From: Methanomassiliicoccales archaeon | Lineage (GTDB): Archaea > Thermoplasmatota > Thermoplasmata > Methanomassiliicoccales > JACIVX01 | NCBI GenBank assembly: GCA_050010535.1 | Contig: JBEKKT010000003.1 | Location: 1,374-65,373, forward strand | Direction: 5' to 3' | Length of the DNA: 64,000 nucleotides | In this document: one piece after another, positions 18,450-26,979 of the stretch | Layout: each line of letters opens with the position of its first letter | Numbering within the stretch: position 1 is the first letter of the stretch | Notes under the pieces: generated by a model | Database searches by the model: none | Told to the model about the DNA's origin: nothing | Seen by the model: only the letters and a program-made list of their open reading frames with translations | Program-made: the position numbers and the translations under genes

Positions 18450-18685
18450 CTAGATTCCGCTAAGGATGAAGTGAGCCACACCTCCCGGGGCGAATGAGAG
18501 GATGATCAATCCGGTTGTGACCTTGAGGGCGTCCTTTAGAAAGAATTCTTTGACCATCACGGTGAAGGCTGCTATGCACGGAACGTAGGTCGCCATAATG
18601 AGGGGAAAACGAAAAGCTGGTCTGCCATGAGGACGACGGACAATTCCGTCGTTCCGAACAAAAGGACGAGCATCTGGATGGACAT
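18450..18685 (-). pseudogene. frameshifted remnant resembling the C-terminal membrane tail of FeoB
   Basis: My own translation gives two pieces. From ATG 18685: MSIQMLVLLFGTTELSVVLMADQLFVFP. After a 1-nt shift at the G4 run 18602..18605: LIMATYVPCIAAFTVMVKEFFLKDALKVTTGLIILSFAPGGVAHFILSGI-TAG. The Y-x-PC-x-A...E pattern is the conserved FeoB gate/C-terminal motif. No G-domain is present. Confidence 0.35.
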
Positions 18686-18808
18686 TTCTTTTCTAAAGGA
18701 TACCAAAGACAAGGGCGATGTTTCGGCACTCCTAAATCACTCTGAAGAAGTCGAACCCCTTTAAGCAATGGAGCCTGCCACGGACTCCAGGACCGCTTTG
18801 GGATTGGG

Positions 18809-19849
18809 TCAGATGTCTCTGAATGGTACTATGTCGCAGCAAGTGCACGCATGGCACATTGTCCTGAACGATCTGGGATCAAGGTCGTAGAGCTCGAAGA
18901 TCGACCGTTGCTCCTCTGCGAGCCCGATGATCCGCTCTGGCGTGACAGCTTCGAGATGGCCTAAAGCATCCTCCAGCGCTTTCCTATTCATGTTGTTTAT
19001 CCTGAGGGGCCTCAGCGTCGCCAAGCACCCCATCTTCGCGAGATGATCGATACCTTCTATCACGTTCTCGTCCGTCTCGCCCAGACCAACTATGATATTC
19101 GAGCAGACTCTACCCGTACCAAATACACCGACCGCGTACTTGATTGTCTTCAGAAGCCAGTCAAGATCACGCTTTCCGCAGACTCTCCCGAATATGTCTC
19201 GGTCGTACGTTTCGATATTTATCTTGATCTCATCGGCACCAGCGGCCCTCAGGCGGTCGATATCGTCGTGACTTTCGACATAGGGCTCAACGCCTATTGA
19301 GATGGTGGGGTCGAGCTCTTCCCTCACCCGGCTTATCACGTACGCGAGCCTTCCAACGGTCATTGAAGGAGAATCCACCACAGCGCTTGTGAAGGCGACT
19401 GCCTTGAAGTCGTCCCTCTTTGACGCTTCCATCACAAGATCCACGATCCTGTCGAGATCGAGGTTCTTCGTTATTCGCTTGTCGAGTTTTCTCGTCGCGC
19501 AGAATTTGCAGTCATATATGCAATCGGTGTCGAGATTGAAGAAAGCCTGCTCAGGGGAATGGAATATCGTTGGCTCTATTTCAACGACAGAGACGAACGG
19601 GCTGCCATCCCTCAGAAGTCTGAAGCCACCATCCTTCCGTACCAACTCGAATTCTCCGACCTTCTTGGAAATCGCCTTCTTGACCCTCATCCCTTCGAAC
19701 GAGAGTACGATTGATGCGGCGCCGGCCCCAGGCCCCGCTGTCGACCTGCTCGGATAGAATGGCAGTTTGACGTCAGCTCCAACCTTCACTGATCCGCCGG
19801 TGATGAGTATCGCTTTCTTCATCACCGGACTTCCTATTTCCTCTTCCAT
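18809..19849 (-). CDS. radical SAM protein, function unassigned
   Basis: It has a CIYDCKFC (CxxxCxxC) motif and a TIM-barrel-like body. The C-terminal Cys cluster reads MCHACTCCDIVPF. It overlaps the cysS stop by 16 nt if ATG 19849 is used. Confidence 0.75.
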   Translation of the reverse strand: MEEEIGSPVMKKAILITGGSVKVGADVKLPFYPSRSTAGPGAGAASIVLSFEGMRVKKAISKKVGEFELVRKDGGFRLLRDGSPFVSVVEIEPTIFHSPEQAFFNLDTDCIYDCKFCATRKLDKRITKNLDLDRIVDLVMEASKRDDFKAVAFTSAVVDSPSMTVGRLAYVISRVREELDPTISIGVEPYVESHDDIDRLRAAGADEIKINIETYDRDIFGRVCGKRDLDWLLKTIKYAVGVFGTGRVCSNIIVGLGETDENVIEGIDHLAKMGCLATLRPLRINNMNRKALEDALGHLEAVTPERIIGLAEEQRSIFELYDLDPRSFRTMCHACTCCDIVPFRDI

Positions 19850-21231
19850 TTCACGCCCTCAGCCGTATCTTCTAGCTCGATGCCTTTCTGAAGAAGCTTG
19901 TCCCTGATGATGTCAGCGAGGTCGAACAGCTTCCGCATCCTCAGCTCCTCCCTCACTTCCGCCAGGATCTGAATCATCTCGAACGACACATCCTTCCTCT
20001 CTTCTTCCCTCGAGAGGATTCCAAGGACCTGATCGACCTCATCGAAGAACCCGATGATGTTTGCCGCACCCTTCATGCTGAGGCCGCCCTCCGCCAATAG
20101 ATGATTAGTCTCTCTTGCCATATCGAAAATCCCGGAGATTGCCGCTCGGGTGTTGAAATCGTCATCCATTGACTCGATGAACGCCTGTCTCGCATTCTCT
20201 ACCAGTGGGACGGCGTCGTTGCTCCCGCCTGCCGTCTGAACGGCTCTCTTCAGAGCAGAATACGCATTGTCAAGTCTCTTCAAACTGGCAGCAGCCTCCT
20301 CCATCGCGGCCTCGCTGAAGTTCAATGGTCCCCGATAGTGCGTGTTCAGGATGAAGAATCGGATGTCCTCTCTTGTGAAGTCCTCCAGAACTTGCCTCAC
20401 AGTGAAGAAATTCTTCAAGGACTTCGACATCTTCTCCTCCTGGATTTGCAGCATGCCATTGTGTATCCAATAATTGGCGAGTGGTTTGTGCGTTACCGAC
20501 CAAGATTGGAGTATCTCGTTCTCATGATGCGGGAAGATGAGATCGCTGCCGCCGCCGTGGATGTCGATCGTCTCCCCTAGCAGATTCATGCACATCGCTG
20601 AGCACTCTATGTGCCATCCAGGTCGCCCCGGCCCCCATGGGCTCGGCCAAGAAATCTCGCCGGGTCTCGCTGCCTTCCAAAGAGCGAAATCCATAGGGTT
20701 TCGCTTGCCCTCGTCAACACCGACCCTCGCACCAGCGATGAGCTCCTCTAGCTTGATTCCTGAGAGCTTCCCGTAGTCCTTCACATTGTCCATGCTGAAA
20801 TAGACGCTCCCATCCCTGACCTGATACGCATAGCCCGCCGCTTTGATCTTCTTCACCATGTCGACGATCTGCGGAATGAACTCGCTCGCTTTCGGGTAGA
20901 CGTCCGCCCTCTTAACGCCAAGCAGCTCGATCTCACTGAAATATCGATCAACGTATGTTCTCGACAACTGCAAGGGCGGCACGCCAAGCTCGTTCGCCCG
21001 GTTTATTATCTTGTCATCCACGTCCGTGAAGTTGGTGATATGGGTCACGTCATAGCCCCTGTACCGGAGGTATCGGACGATCATATCGAATACGACGATG
21101 TGCCTTGCATGGCCCATGTGGATGTCGTCATATACGGTGACGCCGCAGACGTACATCTTGACCTTCATGTCGTCGATCGGCTTGAATTCCTCCTTCCTCT
21201 TCGTCAGGGTGTTGTGTACTTGAAGAGCCAT
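19834..21231 (-). CDS. cysS: cysteine--tRNA ligase
   Basis: MALQVHNTLTKRKEEFKP..MYVCGVTVYDDIHMGHAR carries the HIGH motif. KMSKSLKN is the KMSKS motif. ATG 21231 is preferred over TTG 21252. Confidence 0.92.
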   Translation of the reverse strand: MALQVHNTLTKRKEEFKPIDDMKVKMYVCGVTVYDDIHMGHARHIVVFDMIVRYLRYRGYDVTHITNFTDVDDKIINRANELGVPPLQLSRTYVDRYFSEIELLGVKRADVYPKASEFIPQIVDMVKKIKAAGYAYQVRDGSVYFSMDNVKDYGKLSGIKLEELIAGARVGVDEGKRNPMDFALWKAARPGEISWPSPWGPGRPGWHIECSAMCMNLLGETIDIHGGGSDLIFPHHENEILQSWSVTHKPLANYWIHNGMLQIQEEKMSKSLKNFFTVRQVLEDFTREDIRFFILNTHYRGPLNFSEAAMEEAAASLKRLDNAYSALKRAVQTAGGSNDAVPLVENARQAFIESMDDDFNTRAAISGIFDMARETNHLLAEGGLSMKGAANIIGFFDEVDQVLGILSREEERKDVSFEMIQILAEVREELRMRKLFDLADIIRDKLLQKGIELEDTAEGVKWKRK

Positions 21232-21263
21232 CGCAAAGGCCTCAGACACCAATGAAGGTCTGG

Positions 21264-21920
21264 TTATTTTTCCTTTTTCACAAGCTTCTCGAGTTCCGCC
21301 ACGCGATTCTCCAGCTCGGCGATGTTATTGAAAACATTCATGAAGGCATCCACCAGCGGGTCTGGCAACAGGTCGTGCCTGAAATCGATCTTCATCTCAC
21401 CATCTCTCTTCACGACCTTGCCAGGCACCCCGACGACCGTCGAATTGGGAGGAACGTCCCTGACCACGACCGACCCAGCTCCGATTTTGACGTTGTCGCC
21501 GATGTGGATGTTTCCAAGGACGGTGGAGTTCGCCCCAACCACAACGTTATTGCCAAGAGTCGGGTGACGCTTGCCCTTCTGCGTGCTCACGCCTCCAAGG
21601 GTCACTCCCTGAAAGATGCAAACGTTGTCTCCGATTTCCGACGTCTCACCGATGACCACACCAGTTGCGTGGTCTATGAAAAATCCCTTTCCAATGATCG
21701 CGCCTGGATGGATGTCGGCCCCAGTCAGGACCCTCGAGAAGTAGTTCACCCCTCTAGCCAGCAAGAACTGTCCCTTGAGATAAATACGGTGCGACATCCG
21801 ATGAAGTAGTATCGCGTGCAGTCCAGGGCTGAAAAGAAGTGCCTCTCTAAACGATCTTGGCGCAGGGTCTCGTTCGAGAACAGTGTAAACGTCGTCTTTC
21901 CAACTCATCGAAATGCTCAC
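21264..21920 (-). CDS. cysE: serine O-acetyltransferase
   Basis: It has the SATase N-terminal region (DPAPRSFREALLFSPGLHAILLHRMSH) followed by left-handed beta-helix hexapeptide repeats (IHPGAIIGKGFFIDHATGVVIGETSEIGDNVCIFQGVTLGG). Confidence 0.9.
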   Translation of the reverse strand: MSISMSWKDDVYTVLERDPAPRSFREALLFSPGLHAILLHRMSHRIYLKGQFLLARGVNYFSRVLTGADIHPGAIIGKGFFIDHATGVVIGETSEIGDNVCIFQGVTLGGVSTQKGKRHPTLGNNVVVGANSTVLGNIHIGDNVKIGAGSVVVRDVPPNSTVVGVPGKVVKRDGEMKIDFRHDLLPDPLVDAFMNVFNNIAELENRVAELEKLVKKEK

Positions 21921-22906
21921 TCTAGGAACAAGTCTGTACTCAAATACCTTTCCCCGCTGTCTGGAAGCAGAACAACAACCTTCTTCCGGGGGCCCAGCTC
22001 TCTTCCGATCTCGAGCCCTGCATACAACGCCGCTCCCGATGAGATTCCTGCCAATATGCCCTCCTTCTTCGCAAGTTGCCTCGCAGTTCGCTTAGCATCC
22101 CCATCGGAAACTCTCACAACACGGTCGATCACCGACATGTCCATGACCTTTGGAATGAATCCGGCTCCAATGCCTTGTATACCGTGAGAACCGGCCTTCC
22201 CTCCCGAAAGCACGGGAGAAGTCGCTGGCTCGACGGCGACTATCAATGTTTTCGGTTGCTCGGCTTTCAAAACATTCCCCACACCAGTGATCGTCCCACC
22301 GGTTCCGACTCCTGCAACGAATGCATCGAGATCTGGCGTATCCACAAGGATCTCCCTTGCGGTAGTCCTCATGTGGACCTCAGGATTGGCAGGATTCTCG
22401 AACTGTTGCGGCATGAACATGTTATTCTTGCCACGGCAGATATCCGTTGCGTATTCGATCGCACCAGCCATGCCGCTTGTCACCGGCGTCAACACAAGTT
22501 CCGCTCCGAGAGCATTAAGGAGCCTTCTCCTTTCCACACTCATGCTCTCAGGCATGGTCAGTATGAGGCGATATCCCTTGGATGCACACACCATGGCGAG
22601 ACCTATACCTGTGTTGCCGGAGGTCGGCTCGACAACGCACATGCCCTTCCTCAACTTCCCACCTCTCTCGGCCTTCTCGATCATTGCCAGTGCTATCCTG
22701 TCCTTGACCGAGGACATGGGATTGAATGATTCTAACTTGCAGTAGATATGCGCAGACCGCTCGTCTGGCAGCCTTTGGAGCTTCACAATAGGAGTCCTGC
22801 CTATCGTTTCGAGAATACTGTCATAGAGCATTGCGTTCACCATCGTTAAGGAGGGCGCGGCTTCATCAATGTTGCGACCATTGGAGGTTTCTCTATGAAT
22901 GACCAT
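21917..22906 (-). CDS. cysK: cysteine synthase A (O-acetylserine sulfhydrylase)
   Basis: IGRTPIVKL, the PLP-lysine block NPMSSVKDRIALAMI, and GNTGIGLAMV, GTGGTITG are present. The start may be ATG 22906, 22843 or 22831. The stop overlaps the cysE start. Confidence 0.9.
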   Translation of the reverse strand: MVIHRETSNGRNIDEAAPSLTMVNAMLYDSILETIGRTPIVKLQRLPDERSAHIYCKLESFNPMSSVKDRIALAMIEKAERGGKLRKGMCVVEPTSGNTGIGLAMVCASKGYRLILTMPESMSVERRRLLNALGAELVLTPVTSGMAGAIEYATDICRGKNNMFMPQQFENPANPEVHMRTTAREILVDTPDLDAFVAGVGTGGTITGVGNVLKAEQPKTLIVAVEPATSPVLSGGKAGSHGIQGIGAGFIPKVMDMSVIDRVVRVSDGDAKRTARQLAKKEGILAGISSGAALYAGLEIGRELGPRKKVVVLLPDSGERYLSTDLFLE

Positions 22907-23180
22907 ACGTCATTATCAAGGTTCGTGGAGAGAGTGGACTAGCGACCCATTCCCATCGCCTCTTGTGGAGACAAATTACACTGAGAACCGCGACGACGAA
23001 CAACGCACCGACGATCAGATGTGTAATCTCTGAATAGTCATTTCAATCCGCCCAAACGTCAGGAGACGATCTAAGTGAAGTAACTGCTGGGATACCCGTG
23101 TAATGCTGAGATCTCGTTCATTTATCCAACTCAGTTTGGCAGTGGATGAAAAGGGCGCGATCAAGTGTGCAGAAGTATAG

Positions 23181-23264
23181 AGCCGGGACCGAGATTTGAA
23201 CTCGGGTATGCGGATTCCTACCATGGGACTGCAGTCCGCCACATGGCCGCTCTGTCACCCCGGC
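23181..23264 (-). tRNA. tRNA-Cys (GCA) with a 13-nt intron at position 37/38
   Basis: The reverse complement is GCCGGGG TG ACAGAGCGGCCATGT G GCGGA CTGCAG[TCCCATGGTAGGA]A TCCGC ATAC CCGAG TTCAAAT CTCGG TCCCGGC T. It has a 7-bp acceptor stem, a T-arm with TTCAAAT, anticodon loop CUGCAGA, G37 and discriminator U73. The intron is at 23216..23228 and is flanked by a bulge-helix-bulge motif. Confidence 0.85.
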
Positions 23265-23287
23265 GTGCCCCGGATTATTCTGTTCCT

Positions 23288-23299
23288 TTATATATTTAC
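23288..23299 (-). promoter_or_regulatory. putative archaeal TATA box for tRNA-Cys
   Basis: The minus strand reads AAATATATAAAGG, centred about 30 nt upstream of the tRNA 5' end at 23264. Spacing and composition fit an archaeal TATA/BRE promoter. Confidence 0.45.
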
Positions 23300-23528
23300 T
23301 TTGTGCAGTCGCTGGCATTCTTGAGTCGATACTCGAAATCGATCAGCGGATGAGATGAGAGCGATCGAGCGTACGTTCTCCCACGCAGCCTCCAAACAAT
23401 TCGACAACCCAAGGGGGGAGAAGTGACATGATTAATAGCACTATTAAGCGATCCGGTACGACTCTTCGGCGCAATCAAGAACAAGCTGACGATGCTCAAC
23501 CCAGCACAAGGAATTTAAGCGCCCTCGC

Positions 23529-24404
23529 ATGTTGAGGTATCCAATGATCCCCGGACACTGCAAGAGCGTTTCGATCAGGAACGTTGCTTTTCCACTGACC
23601 GTTGACGATATCGGGAAACATGTCGAGGGAAAGAAGGCATACACGAGGACGGAGTACCTGATTCTGAGAAACGGAGAAGACCTTGCTGTAATCAGGATCG
23701 AGAAAGAGAACGGCGTGCCGCTGTTCCGTCCCATCACTCATTTTGAGATCGTCTCGCTGCCCCCGGACACGATCTATGTGGAGGACCAGAGCATAGATGT
23801 TCTGAACGCGTCACAGATGGCGAAACTGAGCCGGGAGCACGAGCAGAAAACCGTCGTGGTTTCGGGGATGTTCAACCACGTATCTTTTGTGAAGGATGAG
23901 CGTGGGCTCGAGCTCAGAGTGATGGACGTGGTTCCACCGTACCCTTCGAAACTTGCTGTCCTGGTGGAGAAGGCGCTCGACTCCTTCCTGATCGAGTTTC
24001 CCGTCGTCCCGATGGTCGAGCATATCGACCTGAACGATTTTGCCAAGAATATCGAGACACCAGGTATTATCTTTCCCTGCAGAGCTTCCGGAATCACCAC
24101 CGGCAAGTCTGTCCACTTTCTAGACGAAACACCGCAGATCGTAGAGGAATGCACTCTTGTCGGATGCGACCTCTCGAGGAGAATCTTCTCTTCGACGTAC
24201 CGAAAGGAGATCGTCCAGGTTAACATGTGTCCCAGAGATCTGGCGCCGAAGGATGGATTTCCGAGGATTGTGAAGTGCTGCAAGATCAAAGAGGGATACG
24301 AGCTGGATGGGAGCACAGCGATCGTGCCTTGGGGGGCGACCGTAAAGGAGGTTGCCGAGGCAGTGCGAGCGCTGCTCAATCGGAGCACTTCTAGCGGAGC
24401 CTAG
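23529..24404 (+). CDS. hypothetical protein
   Basis: This is a 291-aa ORF with an ATG start and coding-like composition. No motif is recognised. Confidence 0.55.
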   Translation: MLRYPMIPGHCKSVSIRNVAFPLTVDDIGKHVEGKKAYTRTEYLILRNGEDLAVIRIEKENGVPLFRPITHFEIVSLPPDTIYVEDQSIDVLNASQMAKLSREHEQKTVVVSGMFNHVSFVKDERGLELRVMDVVPPYPSKLAVLVEKALDSFLIEFPVVPMVEHIDLNDFAKNIETPGIIFPCRASGITTGKSVHFLDETPQIVEECTLVGCDLSRRIFSSTYRKEIVQVNMCPRDLAPKDGFPRIVKCCKIKEGYELDGSTAIVPWGATVKEVAEAVRALLNRSTSSGA

Positions 24405-24793
24405 CTTTGGGCGGTCTCCTGCGCCCGATCGATATGGAACGATAGCCTTCTTCGTTCCTTCCTATCTTGCACAATGCCTATCCCCTCACCTGCCAAGCGT
24501 CGGCATCATTGGGATGAAACTTAAGGTGCTTGTCGAACAGTCTGATCGCCTCGTTGTATCTTCCAGTCGAAACGAGTTCCCTGCCCTTCCGAACCGGTGT
24601 CTTCTCTTTCTCTATCTGCTTCGCCCAGGTCAGACTTGCCTCCGCTATGATTAGTGTCTATGGCGTCTGGGGAAAGCCACGGGTATCTGCCCACAAGCTT
24701 GTGCTTGAAATCATCCGCTTGTGATTGCTCTATTGAAGACCTTCGCTTAAAGAGTCTAAGAGGAACGTTCATGATCATCTTCGTGTGGATCAT
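24394..24793 (-). pseudogene. decayed TPR-repeat gene (frameshift plus in-frame TAG)
   Basis: My own translation shows a clean TPR repeat, GRELVSTGRYNEAIRLFDKHLKFHPNDADAW. The next repeat, QVRG-TAG-ALCKIGRNEEGYRSISIGRRRPP, keeps TPR spacing (W4 G8 L11 G15 G20 P32) across the TAG at 24478..24480. The only ATG-initiated upstream piece is track ORF 24521..24793, which is in a different frame. Confidence 0.45.
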
Positions 24794-25098
24794 CTAGATG
24801 AAGTCTCGATTCTTCATTTCACCTTTCTCGATCGCCACTGTCCGCTGTCATTGCTCGCCACATTGAATTATCTTCTCCCCTTCTGGCGGGAAGATTGGTC
24901 TAATTCATCATACCAGTCCTGAGATCGCCCTCTCGTGGAATCCTGGTGAGAAGTCGGAACCATTGGGAATCGCATCCAATCCGACTTCACCCTCCCCTAT
25001 GGAAACAATCTACGAAAGGTTGATGAATCAAAGCAGCGGAAGGGTCAGCGACAAAGAATTCGAGAGGATCGTCCATGAAGCGATGAATGCCAAATAGG

Positions 25099-25875
25099 CT
25101 ACAGTCTGACCTTTAATCCAGCCTCGTCCCTTTTGCATTTCCCGAACTCGGACATTGATTCAAGCTCGTGTCCCCAGAATACAGGTCCGTCCGTGCAAAC
25201 CCTTCTGTCGTCCAAGACGCATGAGCCGCATAGACCGACACCGCACTTCATCAGCCTCTCCAGAGAGAACTGGCATTTGACCCCGTGCGCCTTGCCAAGC
25301 TCCAGGAGACTGTTTAACATAATCTCCGGACCACAGGCGAGTATCGTGCCGTACTTCTTTTCCTCCATCATGAGCCGGGCAAGATCGACAGCTGTACCCC
25401 TCATGCCGCAGGTTCCGTCGTCGGTCGAGGTCCTCACATCCGCTGAGCAGCGTTTGGCTCTCTCTTCGAAGATCACCTCATCCTTGGTCCTAGCTCCGAT
25501 CGCGATATCGACCTTCCCCGTGTCGCGGACTGCCTCCGCCGCGGGCATGACCGATGCCGCCCCAATGCCACCGCAAACGAACAGACTCCTGCCAGAAGAG
25601 AGCTCGAAATACCTTCCGAAGGGACCCCTGAGAGCTATCGAATCGCCGACATGAAGCGAAGACAAGGCTCTCGTGGCCTCCCCCACGTCTTTGATTGTAA
25701 TCCCCTTGAGACCGTCGACATAGGAAAGTGACATCGGGATTTCATCGACGCCTGGCAACCAGACCATCACGAATTGCCCCGGTAGCGCACGTCTGCCGAA
25801 CCTGAATCTAAGGGTCGTGAGCTCCTTGCCCTCGACCTGCACTTCCCGTACCCTAGTGAAGACCTGATTACTCAT
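25099..25875 (-). CDS. pyrK: dihydroorotate dehydrogenase electron transfer subunit
   Basis: It has an FAD/NAD-binding fold and the C-terminal 2Fe-2S motif CGVGLCGSCV. ATG 25875 overlaps the pyrD stop. Confidence 0.88.
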   Translation of the reverse strand: MSNQVFTRVREVQVEGKELTTLRFRFGRRALPGQFVMVWLPGVDEIPMSLSYVDGLKGITIKDVGEATRALSSLHVGDSIALRGPFGRYFELSSGRSLFVCGGIGAASVMPAAEAVRDTGKVDIAIGARTKDEVIFEERAKRCSADVRTSTDDGTCGMRGTAVDLARLMMEEKKYGTILACGPEIMLNSLLELGKAHGVKCQFSLERLMKCGVGLCGSCVLDDRRVCTDGPVFWGHELESMSEFGKCKRDEAGLKVRL

Positions 25876-26776
25876 GGGCCACTCCCACGAGCTCTCCGAG
25901 ATCATCCAGCTCTCTTGACTCCAAGTACCTTCTCAACCCCGAACTTATTTCACCGAACACCTTCAGCCCTTTCCTTCCGACGGCGCTTCCGATCTGGACC
26001 GCCCTCGCTCCCGCCATAATGTACTCCATCGCATCCCGCCAGGTCTCGACGCCCCCCGTTCCAATAATCGGTATTCCTAGCGCCTCGTAGAGTTCGTACA
26101 CGCATCTGAGGCCAACAGGCTTCACCGCAGGTCCCGAGAGACCTCCGAACTTGTTCGAGAGGATAGGTCCTCCCATCTCGACCGAGATCGCCATCGCTCT
26201 CAAGGTGTTTATCGCAACGACCCCATCCCCGCCCGCCTCCTGAACCGCTCGGCCAACTTCCACGATTCCGTGCGTGTTCGGCGTGAGCTTCGCGAAGACA
26301 GGTATATGGATTGTCTTCTTGACCGCCCTAACGATCCGACGCACCTGGTCAGGGTCGACCCCGATCTCCATGCCGTATCCCGATGCATGGGGGCAACTGA
26401 GGTTCAGCTCAACGGCCGACGCCCCATATTTCTCCATCTTCGAGCACAGCATTGCGAAGTTCTCAGAGTTCGGGGCGAATACGCTACCGATCACGGGCCG
26501 ACCGCCAAGAACCGCAGCGGACATCTCTTCGCCGAACGCTTCGATCCCTGGGTTCGGCAGGCCCATTGCATTTATGTAACCGTAGGGCAGTTCGACGACC
26601 GTTGGATTGGCGCAGCCCTTGCGCACTTCTATTCCGATCGACTTTGTAACGACGGCACCCGCTCCCGCCTTGATCGCGCTCAGAAGAGATCCACCAGTCT
26701 CCCCGATGATGCCTGAAGCGAGGATGGTCGGGTTCTCGAGAATGATTCCGGCCAGGCTCACCCTCAAGGATGTCAT
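25868..26776 (-). CDS. pyrD: dihydroorotate dehydrogenase 1B catalytic subunit
   Basis: NPTILASGI, NAMGLPNPG, ELNLSCPH and GGLSGPAVKP are class 1B DHOD blocks. Length is 302 aa. Confidence 0.92.
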   Translation of the reverse strand: MTSLRVSLAGIILENPTILASGIIGETGGSLLSAIKAGAGAVVTKSIGIEVRKGCANPTVVELPYGYINAMGLPNPGIEAFGEEMSAAVLGGRPVIGSVFAPNSENFAMLCSKMEKYGASAVELNLSCPHASGYGMEIGVDPDQVRRIVRAVKKTIHIPVFAKLTPNTHGIVEVGRAVQEAGGDGVVAINTLRAMAISVEMGGPILSNKFGGLSGPAVKPVGLRCVYELYEALGIPIIGTGGVETWRDAMEYIMAGARAVQIGSAVGRKGLKVFGEISSGLRRYLESRELDDLGELVGVAHE

Positions 26777-26979
26777 GGTACCGGCACATAATCTCTATAG
26801 GTAATATTAATATTCCTGACTTGTTGGCTCTGTGACGATTCTTTCATGGAATGAAATCAGCGCATAGACCGAGCCGAGCGGACCACCTCTGTCGCAAAGT
26901 CCCCAGACTGTTTTATCTCGTCATGTCGAGCAAGTGGAAGCAGATATATACGGCCTATTTCCCTCTCCCGAGGGATAGA

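Noticed and set aside
22907-23180. A possible small membrane ORF in the 274-nt gap between cysK and tRNA-Cys. It contains a hydrophobic stretch, HLIVGALFVVAVLSVICL, in one minus-strand frame.
   Set aside because: There is no start codon in frame after the preceding stop. Track ORF 23015..23242 overlaps the tRNA and has no motifs. The region is treated as non-coding leader or promoter.
23181-23264. Alternative reading of the 84-nt tRNA as a type II tRNA (Ser/Leu) with a long variable arm.
   Set aside because: No 5-bp anticodon stem with a 7-nt loop can be formed without removing 13 nt. With the intron removed, every arm is canonical. The variable loop is 4 nt, the anticodon is GCA and the discriminator is U73.
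24478-24480. The TAG inside the TPR repeat as evidence for genome-wide TAG reassignment.
   Set aside because: TAG clearly terminates many intact genes in the window. The TPR locus also has a frameshift and lacks a proper start, so decay is the better explanation. The question is kept open only for the 44862 site.
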